From Chiloscyllium plagiosum (lineage: Eukaryota), in contig NC_057750.1 in assembly GCF_004010195.1 (NCBI RefSeq), forward strand, positions 14,487,221 through 14,551,220: 64,000 nucleotides of DNA. Direction: 5' to 3'. The translations under genes and the position numbers were made by a program. A model generated the notes under the pieces. That model ran no database searches, was not told the origin of the DNA, and was given only the letters and a program-made list of their open reading frames with translations. Below are positions 53,139-64,000 of the stretch, one piece after another; the stretch's first letter is position 1; the number at the start of each line of letters is the position of its first letter.

Positions 53139-54943
53139 GTAGGAATAGGATAAAGCAGCTTCTTTCTAGACACCCACATATTAATGAAATCATGTGTCGA
53201 ACAAGAAATAGGAGAGGGAGCAGACGGCAAGTTAGATCACGTAGGATAGCAGCCCAGTGGCAAAGTTTATTATTTATGGAGTTCTTCAGAAGGTGCTATT
53301 CACAATCATTTTCTGTTTGCAACACAGTTAGGAGGAATGGGGGGGAGAAGAGATGTCTTTTCTTCAGAAGGGAAACTGGTTCTATTGTCAAATGACCACG
53401 TCATTAGCTAATGCAGAGTCTGAAAATTGACACAAAGATTTGCCTTGCCACTTTTGTCTTTGTCCTGATGTGACTAAGACAATAAGCTTTGGCAACACTG
53501 CAGTCATGGCAAACTAGTGCTTCAGGTCCAGCAGAGGGACAGAGAGTAATGACACCCGACTCGCAATTCTAGCCTTAGAGTCTGGTGGTAAATTGCAAAT
53601 TAATCCCCAAGATTTCAAAAGCTTGGAAGAAAACAGCCTGCACAAAATAATGAGTTGTAGTGAAGAAAGAGCAAAGGAAACAATGAAGTCAGATGTTTTT
53701 ATTGAGTTGACATTTCTTTTAAAAATCTGGTTACAAGAAGTTGAAACGAAAATGCAGTTGTTTTGTTCCGGGCTCCTATTGATCATCTTCATCAGCGAGA
53801 TCATGCACAGCAGCTGGCTGTAACCTAGGAACAGGATGCTGCAAACAAACGCAGCAAAATGTCCTTGATCCAGTAAATGCAACTTTGCTACAACAAGGGA
53901 CAAACAAATTTAATCACTGAAGGTATTCGAAGATGAAGTCCTACACTGTTGGCCAGTGTAATGAACCAGTCTTCAGCACAGCCTTCCATACAGTGTAATT
54001 TACTGGAATTAGCACAGAAGATGTTTTAATGTCACTCCTTGATTATTGAATTATGTTCTACATTTTCACACCTTCTCCAGACAGGACCCTCAGCCCATTA
54101 CAGCTTTACTCATGAATTGGAATCCATGCTTCTGAGCTCTATCCCTGTTGGGAAAGAACATGAAATCTTTCCTGCTGAATGAGTTGGTCTTTGAAATATG
54201 TAATCTCATTTTTTATTTAAAAAAAACTCTTCCTTTCAATGGGATAGTTTTTCATAGTTGTGGAGACCTTGTGGAGCAATGGGTAATGTCCCTGCCTCTG
54301 AGCCAGATGGCCCAGGAAAGTGCATTCCTAACTCAGCCAAATAGGTTGATTTTCAACCTGCAAATCTTTCTAGTGAGTCTGTGGCAGTCACTAAGAAAAT
54401 TCTACATGTCAGCCGTGCTTGATGTGAACTCTCATCCCTTCAAGCAGTAGTCTCTGGCAATCTGTTTTCAGGGGAAAACAAAACTAGCCAAAAAAAGACA
54501 TGAACATACCTGCCTCATTTGCCAAAATGCACTTAAAAAGACCCAAGACAGGAAGTATCCACAATCAGCTGTGACAAGATTCTTACTGTTCCTTAGCTCA
54601 TTTACGGGGAGAGGTAAATAATTCTGCCTGTGTTAAAGCCATGCTAATTGGAAGCATGAATTGGGACTCTGGTATTAAGCTTATAACATACAGGCCTGGT
54701 TATCCTGCCACTTGTGCACCAACAGGGGAATCTTGCAAAATGTCTATGTTGTCTGAGCCTGTAGGCGTTCCTTCATCCATTCATTTTCGACCTCCCGTTA
54801 ATCCCAACCATCAGAACATATGAAATGGATATCTATGATTGAATATTTTAAGTACCCTGAGTGTGATTATTCTGTAAAAATGACACCTACCTGTTGTGCT
54901 GTACTGCCCTTGATAGTCACTTCTTTGCCTCTGTTTGACCTAA

Positions 54944-55048
<105 letters not shown>

Positions 55049-56142
55049 TAAGCGATCAGCTTTGCATATATCTCTGGTCGGCTTGAGATGTAATGTTAAA
55101 AATAATTTCATGCGATGCACCATAAAATCCGATAAACAGTAAAAGATTATTTATCTCAAGTCTATGTTGTTTATTCTGATCTCAGTTGTCTGTACTCTTT
55201 CATTTGCTGATTGCATTTTCAACTCCTTTTGTTCTGTGTTCCTTCAATTACTTATTCTTAAAAAATGTCATGGATTTGGATTTTAGCCTCTATCCATCCA
55301 TGTGTCTGGACATGAATGCAAGTAAAATCTGAGTCAGTTGTAATGGGGTAAGGTGCCCAGTAGCTCAATCAGCTTCACACTTATTGAGACCATTAAAGAG
55401 GTCAATTATTGTCCAATATATGGTCACACTGCCTTTACTGCTGCAACACACTGAGCTGTGGAAACCAGGCAAGAATAGGAAGGCTGATATTATTTTTCCC
55501 CTAAGTTGGTGAAAGAGCAGGAAAGAAGGAAATATTACTACAGCAACTCCTGACCACCTTATCACACCCCTCCCTCAAGTTCTCTATCCCTCTCTTTTCA
55601 AAAACACCTGACTTCGCCAAATCCAGAATCCTTGTTATCATCTTGGTGGAGATGCTTGTAGTCCCAGCAATAAGTCTGACACTGACTGGCAAAGATTCAC
55701 CCCTCGGCTTGTTATGGCAGCACCGAGGGTAACATCAATCCAGGGCAGCCTCCTCTTACAGTCATTTGCTTACACCGTCCCATAACGTTCAGCCCATAAT
55801 CCCTATCTCAGTTATGTCCCCAGCAGTGCATTCCAAAGTCTCACAAGCTTCCAAGTAAACAAAGTCCTCCTGTTTTCTGTTCAAACTCTCTCGCATTTAT
55901 TCTTGCCTCTATCCCCTTCCTATAGACCCCTGAAGTAATGGAAAGAGCAATCGAGCCAATTACAATCACTTTAAAAGGCACAGAGCCTAACTGTAAAGTG
56001 TACCCTTCAGGTAGCAGCTTCCAGTTGCTGTTCCCCAAGTCCGAGTTTTCTACCCCAGTTCCATGATCTTATGTGTAATCTGCCTGTTTGTTACAGCCTG
56101 ACTCACCTTCTGACCATTTGTCGTACTTGTAATCTCTTTCAG

Positions 56143-56194
56143 GTTCTTCCTGATGTACCTGATTAATAAAGATGAAACTGAGCACACGGGTCAG
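56143..56194 (+). CDS. RYR1: RYR1 exon (~ex105): FFLMYLINKDETEHTGQ
   Basis: tttcag|G...CAG|gtatgt; 52 bp. Confidence 0.96.
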
Positions 56195-57898
56195 GTATGT
56201 GGTTTTCCTCATCTTGACTATATGAAATACTTACACCAGGATGACTTTAGCCCCCTCACTGAAAACATTCTGAAATTTCTTCCTTGACTCAGGAGGTTCA
56301 TCTTCTTGAGTTCTCCTTCTGAAGGCGGGTCCTGAATCCACCCCGGCTGGACTGGAGTTCACCCCTGTTGTCATCAATCTGATGAGACCAGCCATCTAGC
56401 CATTAGTATGCCCAAGGAATCAGAGTTGCTGTGGCAGCATATACGTTTCCATCCACATTGTTGTCCAGAGCCATGGATAGATTGATGCTAGAGGCTGCAA
56501 CTTTCTCTCCATCACATGGCTGACCAGTAACCCTTTGAAATGGCCTCGCAAGCCACTCAGTCCAAGGGCAATTGGGGATGTGCGACAAATGTTGGTCTTG
56601 CCAGTGACTGCCACATCCCGTGAAAGAATATTTTTAAAATACTTTCTTCCCTTTTTTGTGTCTGTTTATCCGATTTCACATTAAATGGGTCATTATTTGC
56701 CTCGTATACTTCCTTTGGCATCAGATTACACATTCCCAACTTTCTCTGGATTTCTCTTTCACCCAGTTATCCCATAGTTGAAAACCCAGAATGTAAATAA
56801 TATCAAAGTGAGAACTCGGTTCTTAAATAAAAAAAAAAAATTGTCAGTCACTTTGAAATGAGGATCTGAAAGTTAGAGGAGGTGGTACGATTGAGATTCC
56901 ATTCTCATTGTGACAAGTGAGGTGTTTTGATTCCTACGCGTACCATTTTTGTGAACAAAGCTTCCTACTTACTTGAACTCAGAAACACAATGCTGAGCGG
57001 TCACATTTGCAGATGAAACTAATGTAGGAAGAATAGTGGATTCAAAAGCAGGCAGATTAATAATTAGATTGTTGGAGGGGATAGGCAGGAAGGTGGTGCC
57101 TACATTCAAAATGGACCAGAAGAAACAGCACAGAGAAAGACATTGTAAGCCATCCATTCTCCATAAATAGGCAAGCATCTTTAGTTGACTGAATACTTCA
57201 CACATTCAGTCAATGTTCCAGTTATATTACAAAGACAAAGCAATAAGATTTAGAGGATAGATTACCCATACTACTAAACGCTCCAGTCAGACTGTATCTT
57301 GAACGTTCTGTCTAGTTTTGCTTTGCGAAAACAAAAGAAAGACCGTCAAAGACTGAAGTTAATTCAAAGAACCACAAGTTGGTGCTCCATCTGAGCTGCA
57401 TCAGGACATGACCATGCAGCTATCAGAAGCGTTGCTTGGTATTGATGGACCACACACGACCAGCAGTCCTTTCAGGAGACATTTGTATACAACCAAGTAG
57501 GAGCTTGAAAGGATCTGACGACAGAATAAAACAGGCTGCGCACAATAAAGATGATGTTATATTTCAGTGAAAGGATGCGCTGAACCTTGGACCTCACTGT
57601 TCCCAGAGTATTCATAAAAGTTCCCTAATATACCTGCCGTTTAGACAGGATGACAAAAAGCATGGAGCGGGTTTCTGGATTTGACAAACATCACTATCTA
57701 TTCAAAAATATAGATTCTAACTACAGATGAATACTTATGAACCGTCGGTATGTAACTCTACTAATTAAAACTCTCTCAATTACAAACCACACCCCACCCC
57801 ACCCCGATACACATTTGAACAAAGCAGCTTGGTGCTTTCCAGCGGTCCAATGGTTTCTGAACCAAACATTCACATCACCAACAACCGCAGAACGCTGG

Positions 57899-58404
57899 TG
57901 TTGGGGATGGAGATAAATTATGCAGTGGGTGACTCACTCGTAACCGTCTAATTTAGAAGAAACACGCCACACGCAAGCCTTGAGTATTGACTGGTTTATT
58001 CATGAGCACCTGGGGAGAGACAAGTCGACCGAATGATCACCAGTCACTCCAAAGAGATTTAAAGAGTTGAATGATTACCAGGTTACAATCATTTAACAAT
58101 TAGCAAACTGTTAATTGCAGGATAATGATCAAGCTAAGCACATTGCCCAGTCATTAGCTTCAGTCACGTAATGTCTGGACAGTGTCGGTTATTAGCTGAT
58201 AAGCAGGTGTTAGTATACACGAGGTCCTTGCAAAGAGAAGAATAGCCCTATCAGGTACCCCTACAGCTGCAAGGCAAACCATCTTAGCTGGACATGGGAA
58301 AACACAGACATTCAGCAAGCAAGCACTAAGGTGAGATTCAAAATGGTTTCCAGGCTTTTAATATGTGACAAAATGGCTGCCCCAAATCTAGCAATTCTCC
58401 CACA
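57899..58404 (-). mobile_element. Solo LTR, 506 bp
   Basis: TGTTGGGGA...TCTCCCACA termini; perfect 5-bp TSD GCTGG (57894-57898, 58405-58409); minus-strand AATAAA at 57995-58000. Confidence 0.82.
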
Positions 58405-58843
58405 GCTGGAGAAACTCATCAGGTTCTGGCAACATCTGTGGAAACAGGAACAGTTAGTATTTTGAGTCGAGTATGACTCTTCTTTAGAACATTCGTAGTA
58501 ACTTGGTGAAAGTTTGAGCTATCGGTGAGCATAGTGTATGCTCCTAGCTATAAAAAAAATCTGCACCCATTCCTGCTCCTCGATGGTCAGCCTACAGGAT
58601 TGTTTCCCCATTTACCTCTTAGCTTCCCTGCATCAGCTGGAATCCACTGGTTTCCCTATACACTCCAAAGGTGTATAGCAATTGTTTGATTAATACAGTC
58701 TGTGAAAGTGGACCATTTGCTGCAGGAGTGCAATGGCTTCATCTTCACACTTCCCGCCCATTGGTAATGATCACACAAAAATCTCTCCACATGTCTTGAG
58801 AGTAAGCAGAAAGCTAATGTAGCCTTCATCCCTGTTCTTGTAG

Positions 58844-58939
<96 letters not shown>

Positions 58940-60528
58940 AGGAGTCTCTGGAACTAACACAGTGACTGTCAAAATATTACACTTGTAATGACCTTTGAAT
59001 TTTACCTGGTTCCTTGCTAAAGTTTGTGAATTGTGTGTCACTGCTTCTTGCTGTGAGACAAATGTTTGTTTAAAAAAAAAAGGACAAATACCTGAAGTGA
59101 ATTTTATTACATAGACTGTTTTTTTTTAAACAAAGTACCTGGACCGGTCTTGATTGCGTATGAAAACTGGACATTGCTGCTTTTGCACACTTGAACCAGT
59201 TAATGAGCCTTGATATAGATTTGTACTTTAGTATACAATGAAAAGCCTGGATAAATATTTTGTCTAACATTTTTGTGAATGGGAAGAAAGGTTGAAAATA
59301 AGTGCCTTAGCCTTATCCTGTAATAAGTTATATTGAACGAAGGCCTTTTTATCTTTTCTTCTGCAAATTTTAGTAGCCTAGTCAGAGCCATAATAGCTGC
59401 CTCCAACTTTCAACTGTTACTTCAGTACTGACCACTGAAATAGCTATTAAATTTCGAGCAGTTGTTTTGTGCTTGCAATATTATTAATCATAATGATTTT
59501 TGGTGGAGTTCCCAAAATCTAATTACTGTCATCAAAAGACATGCTAAGTAGGGCAGGAAATGTTTTCTGAAAAGTAGTCGGAACAATGAGATATCTTCAA
59601 CTGCTCTACCTAAAAGTTCCCATCTGGACATGTTTTCCATTGCACCCTATGCATTTGTTTATAACTGATTGCAAAAACAGTGACAAATACCAAAACTTGT
59701 AGCAAAGGTTCACCCTCATGAAGGCTGGAATGTATTTTTTTAATACGTTTTGAAAATGTATGCTCTAATTTTAAGTATTGCATTGGATCCCTGAAACAAA
59801 AGTTGAAATGATTATTCTAATTAATTTACCTTGTGAAGGTATCTTTAAGGTATCAAGTATTTATTTAATTTGCTATTTGTGTTTGCTAATCTTTTGAGTT
59901 TATGTTCTGTTTAATGTAATTTATTGTGACAGTTTCATCTTGTGTATGAGAAGGGTGTGAGAGTTCTTAAGCAGCCTGCTCCCAGCATTCTGAATCTGGG
60001 GTCGGTATGGTTAAAGCTTTCTTAGTACACCTTTCAAAAGCAGCTGCAAAGGTTCCTTTGTCCTGATTGCTTCAAAAGGGATGATAACTATAGCACTTCA
60101 AAACCCAGCCTCTGGTTTACAGTTTTCTCTCAAACTGACTTTCTTCAAGAATCAGGATACAGACTTTTTTTTTCCCCAAGTGATGTGTTTACTTCACATT
60201 AAACATCTGTGAATCTCTTGACTGTTCCCCTCAAAAGGTTAAAGCTATTGAGGAACAGCAGATGAGGACATTCCTCAGACAACCTGTCCAAGTAAACCCA
60301 TGCTAAAGTTTATTTTTGTTAAAAAAGGAAGTGTTTTTATGCTGGAAATGATGAATTATAGAAAAACTCAATTGCGATTAATTAATATTAATGCACTTCA
60401 CAAATAAGGCTGCACTATCCATCTGTGGCCTTTTGTGTACATTATCCATGTCCAGTTTTTCACCCAGTTCTGTTTGAGAAACATGAAAATAATGTAGGTT
60501 GAATTATGTGAATGCACCTAAGTTGGCA

Positions 60529-60534
60529 AATAAA
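60529..60534 (+). terminator. Candidate polyadenylation signal for RYR1 (3' UTR ~58940-60550)
   Basis: First AATAAA I found after the stop, followed ~20 nt later by a GT/T-rich stretch (ctgtctgtgct); no recognisable repeats in between. Confidence 0.55.
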
Positions 60535-61135
60535 ATCCAACTTGCTTAAACTGTCTGTGCTAATTATCATTCATTAAAGCTTTAGCTCTGAGGAAGCCAA
60601 CTCCATTCCCATCCCGGCATGTGCAGATAAAACTAGTTTGCTCATCATTGTTCAGCTGCGTAAGAAGGAAAATAACCAGGGCAGTAAATATGCCTCATGA
60701 TTTAGAAAGAGCTTTAATTGAGCAGAGATGTGTAATTCATGTCAGGCAATTTTGTTTTACATTGTACTGAGAACTTTGGAGGAATGAGAGGCTCTTGTGA
60801 AGCAGACCTGCACCTCAAAGCAGTGTTACAAGCTGGTTAAATAAATTGGTTACATTCTGCAAACTCGTTTTCTACATTATAATTACATGATCTATTTGCA
60901 AGTTTATACCTGCTCAGTCCTGGATAGACTGCCTTTAACCAGGGTGAACTTCTTCAGTGGGATGCAACCTCTCGTTGATAGCTTCTTGCAAATTCATGGA
61001 CTGCACCACCATTTCCAGGTTCACCTTCAAATCCCCCACAATCTTAACTTGAACATACGTCACCATTCCTTTATCACCACATGGACAAAATCCTTGGACT
61101 CTACACCTAATACCAGTGTGGGAGCCCTTTCACCA

Positions 61136-61163
61136 CACAGACACACACACACACACACACACA
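61136..61163. repeat. (CA)n microsatellite inside an older SINE/LINE-tail repeat (~61020-61270)
   Basis: cacagacacacacacacacacacacaca. Confidence 0.8.
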
Positions 61164-63248
61164 GTGCAGGAGTTCAAGAAGGTGACTCGCCACCACCTTC
61201 TTGAGAGACTAGGAATGGGCAGCAAATTATAGCCTTGGCAACAATGCCCATAATCCCATGAATCAAAAGAAGCAGGAGGTCTGCTACCATCTCAGGAGCA
61301 GACTGGCAGTGGGGGGGTGGTGGAGGTTGTATGAGATCCCCTGATTGATATGGGACTCCAGTGGCAGACAAGGACAGCTGTGGGCCAACTGGGATCTTAA
61401 ATTGTCACTTTGAGGTCCCTTCCTGCTGTCACTGGTTCCAGCTGAAGGCTGGGGTGGCTGCACCATGTTATGAGGTATATCCAAGCAACCTGAGCAGAGT
61501 TCTACACTGTTTCGCCTGTCATGACTTGAAGAGCTATCCCTGGTCTCTTGACCATCCCCTCACCATGGCACAGCCTGTTGAGTCACAGTCAGTATGCTTT
61601 TCAGAGACATGCTCATGACATCATAGCATATGGCCTGAGGGTATAATGATCTCATTGCTCATCTTACCCAGAGCACTTGAAGCACAACACTCTACTGGAA
61701 ACATACTTCTCTGTTGTAGATTAATAGTTCGACAATAGCCCAGACAAATATGTGCCTGAGGAATGTGGTATTTGTACATACGTTAGTTGCAACCAATGCC
61801 TGTTGGATTCCTCAATAGCTCAGGATTCAATTCCAGTTTCCTATATTATTGGAGCTAACATGAGCATTGCCATATTAGGTAATACACCCTGCTGGAGACA
61901 GGCTTAACCCTGCTGGGACTGAAGAACTGCTGATACTCTGATTCACAGAAATAGGATTCCTTGCTTTAAATGAGGTGGAAGCCATGTATTCAGGCAAATA
62001 ATTACCGAAGACCATTAAAATCCAGTCATGACTCCCAAGGCCAGAAAAGATTGCCTGTGACTTTTCAGTCAGTGGGTGGGGTCACTGCCTCTGCATTAAA
62101 TTCTGACCACCAAGCCAGCTCCCTGCAACACTGAAGCCAAGGCACTGAGAGAGTCCAGAACTAGGGACGCAGTTTAAAAACTGCCACACTTAGATCGGCT
62201 GTGATCTCATCATGTCTTGGAGCAGGCCTAAGGGGCTGAATGGCCGCAACCAAGGTGAATATCCAGGACACACCCAATGCACAAAGAGCTTTCATTGGGA
62301 AGAGGTGAAGGCCGTGCAGAAACCTTCAAACAGCCCATTTACCCAGCACTTTAAGCACAACCCTGCTTCAGAATCGGCAGAATCTGTAGATTACACATTG
62401 GATTATCAACCATCGCCAAACCAGAGTGGGAACATGCCCCCTCAATCCTGAGGCACTGCCCACAAGAGACATGAGAATGTGGAGCAGACTCAAACCTTAT
62501 ACTAATCCATTTTGTTCTTTTTCTAACTTTACAATTAAAGAAATGAGTTGAACAATGGGGAAATGTAGATTTATGACTTATCTGCATTAATGCTACTTGC
62601 AGAGTGTTTTGACAAGTGTTTAAAAATCTCATTTATACTGGAGGACAGTACAAAGATTTGCACTGTATTCTACACATCCACGTCCCTCCACCACCGATGC
62701 TTCAGTAGCAGCAGTGTGTACTATCTAAAAGATGCACTGCAGAAATTCTCCAAAGATACTCAGACAGCACCTTCCAAACCCACAACCATTTCCCTATTGA
62801 ATATTATGGGTTGGCAAAGTTAATTGGGAATCTGTGAGAGTGTGAGGTTCTCTGGCTCTGATTTGTGATTCACCCTGTGCTTTCTGAGGGGCCCAGGCTG
62901 GGCACTGGCTGTAAGCTTCTTCCTGGCAATATGCCACCTTTGATGCTCACTTATTGTTTCATTGCCCTCTTTCAGGGTCACTTTAACCTCCCCACAAAAG
63001 CTCAGTTTTCATTGTGCAAATCTGCCAAAGATGCCCAAGAGCAGTGAGCTCACTGTTCTTGGTGAGGGTTGCCTGGGTGATGTGCCACCCTTGGGTGGGC
63101 TGGCTCCAAACCAGATCCACAGAGGGTACTGGTCACCTGTCACTAGCCAAGCTAGACCTAACTCGATATAAAGCATCTGTAAGACCATGATAAAACTCTG
63201 CTCACCAACATTTGTCCCTGTGGCAGCTTGGCGTGTTAATTACACAGA

Positions 63249-63543
63249 GCGGTGACACGGTGGCCCAGTGGTTAGCACTGCTGCCTCACAGCACCAGGGA
63301 CCTGGGTTTGATCCCAGCCTCAGGCGACTGTGTGGAGTTTGCATATTCTCCCCGTGTCTGTGTGGGTTTCCTCCCACAGTCTAAAGATGTGCAGGTCAGG
63401 TGGATTGGCCATGCTAAATTACCCATAGTGTTAGGTTCATTAGTCAGGGGGAAATGTAGAGGGTGAGTTAATCTTTAGAGGGTCATTGTGGACTTGTTGG
63501 GCCAAATGACTTGTTTCCACACTGTAGGCAATCTAACCTAATC
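63249..63543 (+). mobile_element. tRNA-derived shark SINE (HE1-like)
   Basis: Same head, body and tail as the other copies. Confidence 0.88.
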
Positions 63544-63899
63544 AGCAGAATCTTCTTTATGAGCAAATCCTGACTGTGGCATCACAAAAGCTGCTTCACA
63601 ACATCATAAAGCAGTGAAACCCTGATGTCAAGCGAAGGTCTGTGTGTGATTGAAGATTCTTACCTGTCCTTTTGCTGACAGTGCAGGTACAATGGAGAGG
63701 TTATCACGCACCACCACACGGTTTCCATCTCTCCTGTGAGCTGCTGCTGGTACACGTGACTGATGATTGGCCATTTTCCAGCCCGCGCTGTCCCCATCTC
63801 ACTCCCTTCCCTCTCTGTTGGACTCTGGAGCACCGTCAACTCTGGACGTAGTGCACATTCTCCCCCCCTAGGGTTGTCACCTGGACAGCCACATGTCAG

Positions 63900-63995
63900 G
63901 TAGGATTGATTGGGTTTTTTGAGAAAGTGACAAAGATGATTGATGAGGGCAGAGCGGTAGGTGTTATCTACATGAACTTTAGCAAGGCCTTTGAA
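63900..63995 (+). mobile_element. CR1-like RT fragment
   Basis: FFEKVTKMIDEGRAVGVIYMNFSKAF. Confidence 0.75.
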
Positions 63996-64000
63996 ACATA

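Overview
Vertebrate genomic DNA, most likely from a cartilaginous fish (inferred from its shark-type tRNA-derived SINE and CR1 LINE repertoire). The + strand carries the 3' part of a skeletal-muscle ryanodine receptor gene (RYR1). It comprises 21 GT-AG coding exons from 3279 to the TAA stop at 58937-58939, which splice in frame and encode the central domain, EF-hands, divergent region 1, the transmembrane and pore segments (GGGIGDE) and the C-terminal Zn finger. A probable ~1.6 kb 3' UTR follows. The introns are filled with transposon relics: CR1 LINEs, tRNA-head SINEs, RTE fragments, two solo LTRs with clean target-site duplications (TSDs), a TA-flanked MITE and several Penelope-like element (PLE) fragments. 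The most notable non-obvious signal is a set of minimal hammerhead-ribozyme motifs from several PLE-like families. One near-intact copy lies on the RYR1 sense strand (10822-10863), and one short TSD-flanked insert ends exactly at a predicted hammerhead cleavage site (29868-29927). Gene-level oddities are one 1295-bp exon where human RYR1 has three, tandem in-frame splice sites and a repeat expansion in divergent region 1, and a Leu->Ser change in the FDGLYITEQP motif. There are two assembly gaps (25064-26006, 33436-33823). Human exon numbers and sizes are from recall, not from a search.
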